The notes under the pieces: generated by a model | Seen by the model: the letters and a program-made list of their open reading frames with translations, nothing else | Told to the model about the DNA's origin: nothing | Database searches by the model: none | Part shown: piece by piece, positions 1 through 11,135 of the stretch | Position numbering within the stretch: the stretch's first letter is position 1 | How the letters are laid out: each line of letters begins with the position of its first letter | Program-made: the position numbers and the translations under genes | Source of the DNA: Balanoglossus misakiensis | Taxonomy: Eukaryota; Animalia; Hemichordata | Direction: 5' to 3' | DNA: 64,000 nucleotides | NCBI GenBank assembly: GCA_040954595.2 | Contig: CM082591.2 | Coordinates: 1,463,745-1,527,744, forward strand

Positions 1-1287
1 TAGAACGACTTTGTTGGCATATATGTACCAGTGAATATAAGCGACGACCTGACCCGCAGCAATATTGACTTGTAATTTATCGTAAACAAACAATCGTATG
101 CGCAGCGCCTGATCCGCTCGGAATGAATACATGCCATATTAACATAAACAAAATCTAGGCATTATGACTTACCTGCCACAAGATGCGATTCCAGGAGAAG
201 AACGGCAAATGTCGCGTAAACTACAGCTCTCTTCATGGCTCATGTTGTTTGTGAAAGGCGAAATCGCCATGTTTTTGTACAAAATTGACCTCTTCAACGT
301 GACCTCGTATGACCCCCTAAGTGTTTGTTCTTATATGCAATCGGACTCTCTAGCTGTGCTCACCAAAAACGCATAGTCTCAAATCTTTTCCGGGTCACAC
401 AACTTGATAGACACATGCATTTTCCATCATTACAGTTGAAAATTATCGCACAGCAAATAACGTAGAACGCCTAATTTTCTTTTTTGACATTTCAAGTGTT
501 CAAATCCGAAGTAGCAATTAACTCTTTGTGTAGTCCAATAAACCTCGACCAGGCCTACGCACAACCAAGGCCACCTCTGGTAATTGGACCAATGTCATTA
601 TAGACATCCAATTTAAATCGCCTAACAATCATCACAGTTGCCATGGATACATAGAAGTCACAATGAGCTGTCTACTCATCACATCTGCAGGGCGAATTGA
701 CTCATAATTGACGTCAAACGAAGATTTACCCAACAACAATTCCGCTGTTAAATCGTTAGTGATATCTTTTGATGAAGATCTGATCGAACTTGACCCATTT
801 CACGGTGTTCATGAACTTCGCGTGCAGAACACAGTCGCTGTTTCACTTATAAGGTGCGCGTTACGACATGTAGGCCTACTGTATACTGAACACATACCAA
901 CAAAAGTACCAGTTTTTGCAAACTTTCTCGTAATTGGAATTCTGGCTACAGATTAAAACGCAGTGCGTGTGACTTTTGCTCCTGTATGCTTCTTATCATT
1001 GACCCAGATCAACCGCAGATAGGAAAATGCAATATTTCTTTCACGTTTATGGCACATAACCTGTAGTGACCGGCAAATGTACATAAATACCGCAATTTCG
1101 TTAACGTTCGTTGTGTAAATGAGCGTACTTAAACTGTAGATGAACGACTATTTTTTACCGTTGTCACGTGAACTACAGATCGCAGCACCTCCTGTCAATC
1201 ATAAAACCCGGGCGTGCGCACTTATGTAGATGGTATTGCAACCGAACGCACAGACTTGTGAACACCGTGGGCAAAGAAACTGCTATC

Positions 1288-4200
1288 ATGGACAGCAGAT
1301 GTACTGACGAACTGATATTCTTCGTGAATGGTCGTAAGGTAAGCTCTTTATCAGGGAAATCTCTGTTAAAGGAAAATTAGCTGTAACTTTTGGGCTATGT
1401 GTTCCAGTCAGTATATACTGTGTGTCTTAATGCCCTATATAAAACATGCTAAAATGCACAACATTCTACTTGTCAATACAACTTCTATATGTTTAATAAC
1501 CATTGTTATTATTGACAACTGATATCTAGTCCGGACTTGAATTCAATTTTAAACCATAGGAATGCTGACATACAGGTATAGGATGCGAGATAAGCTACTG
1601 GATGTATCATCGCGCTGAAGCGATTCAAACTAAAAAACTGCAGTAGACGCCGCACAAAACTACATTAGACTACTGGATGACTGAAACGTACTTGCTGAAA
1701 TATGTTCAATGACCGGTTGTTACAGCTCAACTCACATGTATACAGTGAGAATACCAGTGTGTACTAACCAAAGATAAAATGATAGAAGTATCTATTTATT
1801 TTTTATACGTTTTCGTGGAGTGTCAGATTGCCCCTGGCAAGAGCCCTTGGTAAGCAAGCAGAGGCCACGAATACGTCCTTCACCCAGCTTATCGCCAAGT
1901 GGAGCACCATGACCCTCGAGACCAGTTTGTTAGGGAAGAACAATTTAATTGGGGGTGGGGGATGTCTAATAAAATAAAACTACGATTTCGTTTTTCACAG
2001 GTCCAGGAGAGACGACCCCGACCTCGGCAGACTCTGCTCAGCTATCTCAGAGATAAATGTATACTTTTATATGTTACACACAGACAAATGTGAAGTTTTA
2101 TATTCTGAGAAATCGATCTAATCGGCAGATATACGTCTTAATTCACTTCCTCCCTTTATAAAGGAGAATTGCATAAACATGGCTGCCATATCTGTGAAAG
2201 GAAACCTTGCTCCAAATAATCTGCCTTTAAGAGTGAAGTGAACAAGATCTTAGAAGGCAAACGTTTACAGCGAACAGTCTTCTCCTTAACAAACACCTTT
2301 CCTCCAGTAAATCTGAAAGGGACCAAGTTGTCCTGTGGTGAAGGTGGATGTGGGGCGTGTACAGTGATGATATCAAGAGTGGACCCTGTCACCGATAAGA
2401 TACGGTATATAGATCATATTCATTATTCGTTTACCATAAATCTTTCTACCTTAATTTGATCCCAACCTATATATAGATGGTAACAACTGGTATACCATAT
2501 GTTTGTCTTTTTAGTCACAGCTGCGTGTACGCATGCCTGGTGCCGATATGCTCAATCCACGGAATGGCCGTTACAACCATAGAAGGCATTGGAAGTGTAC
2601 GAGACAGACTGCATCCTGTTCAGGTAACAAACAAACAAACAAACAAACAAACTAGATGGAAGTAATTTGTGGCCATATCCCGACGCCTTTTATTGCATCT
2701 TATTCTTTGAAACAATTTGCTCCTACAGGATTGCCTCGTCCGTAACCATGGTATTCAGTGTGGCGTTTGCACACCTGGTATGGTGATGACAATGTATACG
2801 TTGCTACGCAACAATCCGGAACCAACGAAGGAAGAAATCCTGATGTCGCTAGAGGGGGTTATTTGTCGGTGCACAGGATACGCGCCGATCTTGAAAGGAT
2901 TTAACAGCTTTAGTAAGGTGAGGTTTTCAAGCGTTACACGTGACATCTGATTTTGACAAAGAGCACATGCATATATATATTCGCAGTTTCATAATCCGAA
3001 GAGATCATAATCAGTCATATGTACCATTCCTCTAAACTACATTTAATCTATTCTGTTGTGACGTGTCATTTAATTATTACTAGGATCAGAATTCTGGATG
3101 CTGCAGCCAACTCGGCAAGGGTAAATGCTGCATGTCAACTCAGTATCGTGACGTCACAGAATTGGAAAATGGCGGCTCAGAATGTCCACAACTGTCTCAG
3201 GTTGATGAGTTAAATGATGACGAGGTCAAGATGATTGGAAAAGAAACAACATCCGAAAGAAGAAATGAAACACAGGAACTGATATTTCCTCCAGAATTAC
3301 TTGTAAGTTTAAAATTCGCACGAACAAAGTTAAAGGCACAAAGTCGTTTGGCATAACTTTTACCCTGAAAGAATTTTCAAAATCTATCTATGACATTGCA
3401 TCATCAGGTCAACCAATCATACAACAAGAAGATGGTGACGTTTGCTGACGACAACATCACGTGGTTTCGACCGACCACGTTGGAAACTTTATTGGAACTC
3501 CGCCAGAAACACCACGACGCAACCATAGTAGCCGGATATAACGACATTGGTGAGACAAATTGAATACTAGTATACATGAAGCATGACTACCCGCGTGTAC
3601 CATCTAATGGTCACGCCAGCGACAGTAAAAGCCAACAAAAACATTCTAACAAAACATTGATCTGGTTTTAAAGTGTTCCTTCTGAATTCCTTTTCAGGTC
3701 TGGACGTGTTGTTAAACCATACTACACATAGTATAATGATCAGCTTGTCTCAGGTTCGAGAATTGAACGAGATCTCGAATGATGACAACAGTGTTACCTT
3801 TGGAAGTGCTGTCACATTGAGTAGAATGATTGAGTATTTGAATGAATTAGTGGGTCACCTACCAGGTGAGTGTAAAACACTATCACATTTTTGAATCACG
3901 TCGTATTATTACAAATTTAGGCAATACAATGTATAGAATTTCCTAATGTATACATTTCATGGTAATACTCCATTACAGATGAAGAAACGAGACTTTTCAG
4001 AGGCGTCCTGGAAATGTTGACGAGTATTGGTGGTGTACATACAAGAAACACTGCAGTAAGTATGGCTGGCTGTCTCTGACTGACTGACTGATTGATTGAT
4101 TGATTGATTGATTATATGTTTATTGATTATATGTTTATCATTTGCAGACGCTTGGCGGCCATATTGTATCCGCAGCAGAGTCGGATGTCGTTCCGCTGCT

Positions 4201-7200
4201 TATTGTCGCCGGATGTGACGTCACTATTTTTGGACGGAACGGGGAAAGCAAGATGAAAATGAAAGATTTCATATCGCACTCAAAGGACCCTGGTCTAAAC
4301 AGCGATGAAATACTTACGTACATCACTCTCCCAAAGTCTTCTAAGGTAACATTTTATTTAATATATTCGCTTTTCGACTATCAACCACGCATAATAATTA
4401 CAACGACATTTGCTATGTCATACACAGGGTGAACATTTCTTCGGTTACCGAACATATGTGCCACATCGTCGTGCCTCGAGAGATGACGTTATTAACGCGG
4501 GAATGATGGTGAACTTTCATGTTGGTACAAATGTTGTACAAGAATTCGTCGTCTGTTTCGGTGGTATTACAAAGACAGCTGTTATTATCGAAAGTGTGAC
4601 CAGTTTGGCCAAAGATAGGTACGTAGTAAGACTTATTGCGAATTACCCCGACCACGCCTAAAATGTTATCAAAATTTAAATTAAGCTTTCGGTGACTTCC
4701 ATCATTTCATGTTTGCCCTTTCAGAACATGGGACGACAGTCTCTTTCAAGACCTGCTCTCCCTGGTTAAAACTGAAGTCGAGACGTCTACATACAAACAA
4801 ACCATGATGAAAAGCTTCCTTCTGAAGTTTTTCTCTGCAGTGGACGAAGACAGGGAAATGAAAACGAAGACAGTGAATATGCGTGATCGTCCGATATTCG
4901 TAGAGACTGACACATGTGCACAGCTTCAGGTAGTCATTTGGCCTTAAAGATCACCTCACAAGAATTCACATCATAAACGTGTTTCTCATCTCTCCTTTGT
5001 CAGCTGTAGTTCCCAGTCATGTGGGAAGCACCAACATGCTTTGTATAATTATGTGGTTTATGCTTTCAACTCAGGCAAGTCCATTTGGAGGAGTTGGTGA
5101 TCCCTTGCAACATGTATCTTCCCAACAACTAGCCACCGGAGAGGCTGTCTTTCTGGATGATATTCCACCAAGATCAGGTAATTGAGGTTTTCAAATGCAC
5201 ATCGGTATAACCTATAGCCTTAAAGACATAATATAACGCTGTGTATAGATAGATCTGACGAACGACCTTTCGAGAATGACCACGTGCATGCAGCTTGTCC
5301 AATCGGAGCTTGATGTCTGTTTGTTCTGTTTCCTCCACAGATGAACTGGCTTTGTGCCTCGTGACCAGCAAGAAAGCCCACGCCAAGATCAAGTAACTTG
5401 TTTCTATTTGCACATTCCTAGTATCTTTTGTCCAGATTAGGTTTAAACACGTGTTTACTGTCACCTACAGCTTACATATATGCCCATATATGGGCAAAGG
5501 ACATGTCTAAGTCTTTGAATGACCACACGATGTAATGGCTCGATAACGTTTCGGTATGCATATAATGTTCATATAATGTTCACGTTTCATGGCTCAGGCG
5601 GGTTTTATGGAATGAAATAATGACTGTGTATATTATTACCATAAAGGTCAATAATTGCTGACGACGCATTGGCTTTAGAGGGCGTCCTGTGTCTGGTCGA
5701 CGCCAACGATGTTCCAAAAATCAATATCATGAGCCGCCGTTTTCCAGATGAAGAAATTTTTGCTTCCAATGAGGTATGAGAATTTGGACAATATTCTCTA
5801 TGGTCTTGCTGAACATGGAACCGAAAGCAATTGACCTACACGTTTACTATGAATCATAACATTGCAACATGGTTATTTATGGTTGCAGGTAAACTGTGTT
5901 GGTCAGGCAATAGCAGCCATAGTCGCAGAGACTAACGAAATTGCTTGTCAAGCAGCAAGATTAGTCAAGATAGAATATGAAGAACTCGAAGCCATCTTTA
6001 CTATTGAGGTATACTCGCAATTGTGTATTGTTTTCTGTTCTGTGTCCGTTTTCACAGAAAATAAGAAAGTATGGAAAGGAACATCACAGGAAGTCCAGTA
6101 GTCTAGTAACCAGACACAAAACGAGGCTATAAAGATGGCCGCGGTTCTCGCCATATTGATTGTTGTGAACAGGGGGATTCTGGGTATTGCATCATGCTTG
6201 CAAGACGCCCACGTGTCTATTGATGATTCATAATCTATAAATTTAATCTACCTTCAAACCAGGAGGCTATCGAGAGAGAGTCATACTTGAAACCACTGCA
6301 TGAACTCAATCATGGCCCCAGTCTTGAGGCAGCATTTGCGTTATCAGACCATATCACTGAGGGAGAAGTTAGACTTGGTGGACAGGAACACTTCTACATG
6401 GAAACACATCGTTGCATAGCGATTCCAGATTTGGGAGAACAAAGTATGGAAATCATATCCTCTACACAGAATCAGACTCACCTGCAGGTATTTGGAAGTT
6501 TCAAACTTAGGGGATTTTTTTGTCATTTGGCCCACATGAAGCATTTTGATGGAACTTGGTATAAATGCTGCTCTCAGATGGTTGTGTGATGTTCAGAATA
6601 CTGGTTACTATCAAACACACGTCCATAACCTTTCCAGAGCACACGCGAACCAGTGACTGAGATCACACCAACGCTAACCATGCCAAAATTTCTGCAATTA
6701 TACAAATTAAAGACTGTTTGTTAACAGATGGCTATTTCTGATGCACTGGGATATCCTGCAAACAAAGTCAAGTGCAAAATAGCGCGAATTGGTGGCGGAT
6801 TTGGTGGGAAAGAATCACGATCGGTGGTTGTGGCAGCTCCATGCGCAGTAGCAGCCCATAAGTAAGTGATAATTTAAGTTTCTTAAAGTTCTTACAAGCC
6901 TAAAACCACATTGCAGCCATCTTGGCAACTGCATGCTGGGAAAATATGTCAAAGGACTCTAACTTGCCCTTGAATAACCTCCATCTGATTACGCATGTTC
7001 AGATTATAGTTTCAGACAGTTTTACGATACTCTGCATGCGATTTGCCTATAAAAGCTTGCAAGTCTGGCGTATCTTTCCAGAACAAGGAGGCCTGTCAGG
7101 TGTGTTTTGGACCGGGACACTGACATGAAAATCAGCGGAAGCAGACACCCTGTTCTCGGCAGGTATAAAGTGGGATTCTCTAAATCTGGGCACCTGATGG

Positions 7201-10039
7201 CGCTCGACGTGGACATTTTCTACAATGCAGGACATTCTGCTGATCTGTCACATGATGTAAGTAAATAATGGACAATCCTTAATTACAGAAATTCCTGTTG
7301 ATAATTTGGTATTCACCCTAACGAACGAGTGTTATATTCTATTCAAAGATTGTTACTTATGGCATGCTGGATGCGACCAACGTTTACAATGTTCCAAGTG
7401 CAAGGGTCAGAGGTTATGCCTGCAAGACCAATCTGCCTTCGAATACGGCGATGAGAGGATTTGGCAGACCACAGTCCATGATGATATGCGAAAATATTAT
7501 AGGCAAAGTCGCCATTACTTGCGGACTATCAGAAAACGAGGTATGGAAACAATTGAGAAACTATGAAAATTTAAATTTCTTGTTTTCGAGTGATAATATA
7601 TACACAGAGAGACAGACAGAAATACTCATATGAACATGTATATTTTTTTCTTCTTTCGATGACCACTTATATAAATACAACAAGGTGCGAGAAGCGAATT
7701 TTTTACCCGAGAATGTGTTAACCATATTTGGACAAACGCTAGAAAGCCAGAAGATAAACGAATGCTGGGAAACATGTAAAGCCAACTCTGATTTTGCCAA
7801 AAGATTGCATGAAGTTGAAGAATTTAACAGGTAAAACTTTTTTTCTTTTTTTTTCATAATTGCTTCTAAGTTAATACGAACTTGTACATATGCCTGTTTC
7901 TCTATGGAGCACACCTGTCTTTATCTTAAACACTCTCACTTGCTGTTATCTATGCACCAACTGGACTAGGTTGCTGATGCTTTGTGAAATGACCTGCACT
8001 GACGACACATGCATCATTCTGTTCCACAGGAAAAACAAGTGGCGAAAGAGGGGAATTGCAATGGTACCGACCAAACTGGGAATTGGGTTTGGATGCAAAT
8101 CAATGGGCCAGGTAAATATAAACAATCATGGAGGGTTCCTTGACAAATAACGACAAAATACATGTGTGTAATGAATATGATAGAGAGAGAGAGAGTTCTG
8201 ATGATAGCAACGGCGTGAAACTCGGAGTCACAACTAAGATTTAATACTAAATTCTTTGTTGGCCTTGTAATTAACACTGTGATAGCCTCACTGAAATGGT
8301 TCTCAATATCTACATGTATTTGTAGGCGAGCGCTTTGGTCAATGTTTACACCGATGGTTCGGTTCTGCTCACACACGGTGGGATAGAAATGGGTCAAGGG
8401 TTGCACACCAAGATGATCCAGATTGCCAGCACTGTACTTGACATCCCGGTCGACAGAATTCACATCTCAGACACGTGCACAGCGACAATTCCAAACGCGG
8501 TACCAACTGCTGCCAGTTGCGGGACCGATCTCAATGGAATGGCTGTCAAAGTAAGATATAAACTTGTGTTGCCTTGAGAGAAATAGGCCTTTTAATGTTA
8601 AAGTTAAGAATGTGATTTCTGATGTACGTTCTAACATTCCTACACTTTCGTTCATCTAACTTTACCCGCGAATTTTTATCCTTAAGAATGCCTGTGAAGA
8701 AATCAGAAGAAGACTAGAACCTTTCAAGAAAAGTGACCCAAAAGGAACATGGAAGAATTGGGTGAGTCTTTAACCCGTTCACCCCGATTTCCATCATTAG
8801 CGGTCCACCTGTACCATAGAAAACAATGGACTATGTAAGATATCGAATGAGAGGACGCCGCCATGTTGAAAGGTCATGCCCCGAGAATGACTCCCTATCT
8901 TCGCCATTTTATGATACCTCAATATCTGTTCTCTGTTTTTGTCAGGTCAAATCAGCATTTTCAAACTTGGTTAGTCTGTCTGCTGCTGGTTATTATGGGT
9001 AAGTTGAAGGCTTCTTTTCTTTCTAACAAAATTGCATCCGTTGCCATCTCGTGACCGGAAGTGCGATATTTTAGCAATTGATCATTTTGCTCTATTAATG
9101 AACAAAACGCCGTCAATCATTATGGCGACCTATATGACTGGAGAATTGGTCACAGAAACGCCAGTGTTCTTTTTGTTTCAAAGAGACAACGAAATCCATT
9201 TCAACATGAGGACAAAGAAAGGAAATCCTTACAAATATTACACATATGGTGCTGGCTGTTCCGAAGTGGAGATCGATTGTTTGACAGGGGAACATCAAGT
9301 TATCCGTACAGACATCGTTATGGATCTGGGTCGATCGATCAACCCTGCCATCGATACTGGACAGGTAAACGTTATCATTGTGGGTGAACACGAATATTCA
9401 TCATCAGAAAAGTCCCATTATGTATTGCCTTCACTCCTTGTCATCGTTATTGCTGAAGCAATTGCATCTTTTGACAACAAGTATGATGTGCCAATTATAA
9501 ATTTACATTTTGTCCAGATTCATGGTGCTTTCTTGCAAGGCTATGGTCTGTTCATGATGGAAGAACTTCAGTGGTCGGAACGAGGGGAATTATTGACCTG
9601 TGGTCCGGGCATGTACAATCTACCACGTGTACATGATATCCCAAGACAGTTTCACGTTCACCTCTTGGAAAATTCTGAAAATCCAAAGGCCGTCTTTTCT
9701 TCCAAGGTAAATGATCTATCTCTTTGATCTATTTTCCTGATGTTTCTTTATAAAAGAATGATCCTCCCAATAATATATCAAGACATATGACCTCACTTGT
9801 GACCTCTCTCTCTCCCTCCCCCACAGGGTGTAGGCGAACCGCCTCTCTTTCTTGCTGCATCGGTATTCTTTGCTGTCAAAGAAGCCATACGTTCAGCTCG
9901 AAGTGATTCTGGCCTAGAAGATACTGACTTCAAGCTGGACTGCCCCGCAACAGCCCGGAAAATTCGACTTATGTGTGGAAACGACTTTACTTTGGATGAG
10001 GCTAGAATACGATCATGTAAAAATAAACTTACCACATAA
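1288..10039 (+). CDS. Xanthine dehydrogenase/aldehyde oxidase family molybdo-flavoenzyme (28 coding exons), AOX-like divergent paralog
   Basis: GT-AG exons join in frame without stops. First exons: 1288-1338 ([17 protein letters not shown]), 2001-2058, 2308-2404, 2515-2623, 2729-2917; last exon 9827-10039 (TAA). 2Fe-2S motifs [35 protein letters not shown]; linker [10 protein letters not shown]; Mo-domain motifs [56 protein letters not shown]. Confidence 0.95.
2059..2307 (+). other. U12-type (minor spliceosome) GT-AG intron 2 of the XDH/AOX gene
   Basis: 5' site GTATACTTTT (consensus RTATCCTTT, one mismatch). Branch sequence TCTCCTTAAC at 2281-2290, about 17 nt before the AG. Phase-1 position just before the [10 protein letters not shown] motif, where XDH/AOX genes are known to carry a U12 intron. 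Confidence 0.75.
2626..2652. repeat. (AAAC)n microsatellite in XDH/AOX intron 4
   Basis: aacaaacaaacaaacaaacaaacaaac read directly. Confidence 0.85.
4076..4137. repeat. (TGAC)n/(TGAT)n microsatellite plus short duplication in XDH/AOX intron 9
   Basis: ctgactgactgactgattgattgattgattgattgatt followed by repeated gattatatgttt. Confidence 0.8.
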
Positions 10040-10869
10040 CCAAGGTTAAACTTGCCTGGAATTCTTTCTTGAATCTGTGCTTGCAAAACGTGAACAGATT
10101 CACCTTCCAACAACTGTCAGTTGTCACATGTACTGATGTCAGCGATGAAGGTCAGCATGAGGCCGCGCCGTCCACGTGTTATGTCGTCCAGTCATGTTCC
10201 CAGCGCATGTTACAACACGTGTGCTCCAAACATTTCGCGAAACACGGTGAACGAAACTTGGAGTTTGTTTCAAAACTGCACATTCAAAGGTACGATAAAT
10301 ATTCGAATCGTCCGTAAATAGTTCAAGATTCGGGAAGCAAAATATCCGTTCAGTCTCGGCGTACCTGAAGACATGCATGCGAGCACAGTCACCTCTCTCA
10401 ACTGTGGAAGTGTTGACACCGTTCTTGTTATTTAAATGTTATATAATTACTTGTAAGGTCGTGTATTTGCATATAACTGTTTTGAAATACATTGTAAATT
10501 TTAACTGTGCACATGAAAATCACTTCTTTGTTTGTGTAATGACTATCCAACGGGTATTTATGCGATCGAATGAAAATATTGAATTTTTCAGGACCCCTAC
10601 AAGCATATAAGGTATGGAGGAAAACAAGCAGATATTCACTTTAAAATCTCAGGCTGATATCGAAACTTTATTACACATTTTGATTGATGCAAAATACATT
10701 TTTTTGGGTTGATACCGTATCCTGCCCAGATGCATTGTGAGTTGAAACATCTGTACTTTTCCTTTTTCTTGCATAACGGTTCACTGCTCTCTAATAAAGG
10801 TACAAGTCTACACAGGTCTGCCAGGTAATGGTGCAATGAAACATTATCTCCTCGTCAGTCTTGTCCAAA

Positions 10870-10934
10870 CCTTGGTTCAAGAGTATCAGATACAATGTGT
10901 TTACTTTGTCAATGTATCATCATGACAACCAAGA
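10870..10934 (-). promoter_or_regulatory. Eukaryotic SECIS element in the 3' UTR of the deiodinase-like gene
   Basis: Minus strand reads UCUUGGUU-GUC-AUGA-UGAUACAUUGAC-AAA-GUAAACA-CAUUGUAUC-UGAU-ACUCUUG-AACCAAGG. Pattern AUGA-N12-AAA...UGA, helix II GAUACAUUG/CAUUGUAUC (8 of 9 paired), helix I UCUUGGUU/AACCAAGG. About 200 nt after the stop codon. Confidence 0.88.
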
Positions 10935-11135
10935 ACTTCGTGACCAAGATACTGCGTGAAGGTTTATGTCAAATGTTTTTTTTCTGTCATTTTGATTAGT
11001 ATTTCATAACTTTCTTCGCAAATAAATCTCGGTGCAACTTGCGTTACTTACTTATTTGTCATTCTTGGACAAGAGTATTCGACGGATTCAATTAGTTGTA
11101 TATCTGGAACTTCCTAAACACTGCACTATAGATGT

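Noticed and set aside
9365-9517. 153-nt XDH/AOX intron that is open and in frame (ORF 9032-9727 reads through it)
   Set aside because: Canonical splice sites; retention would split the conserved DxGQ-IxG motif. One or two such introns among about 65 is plausible by chance.
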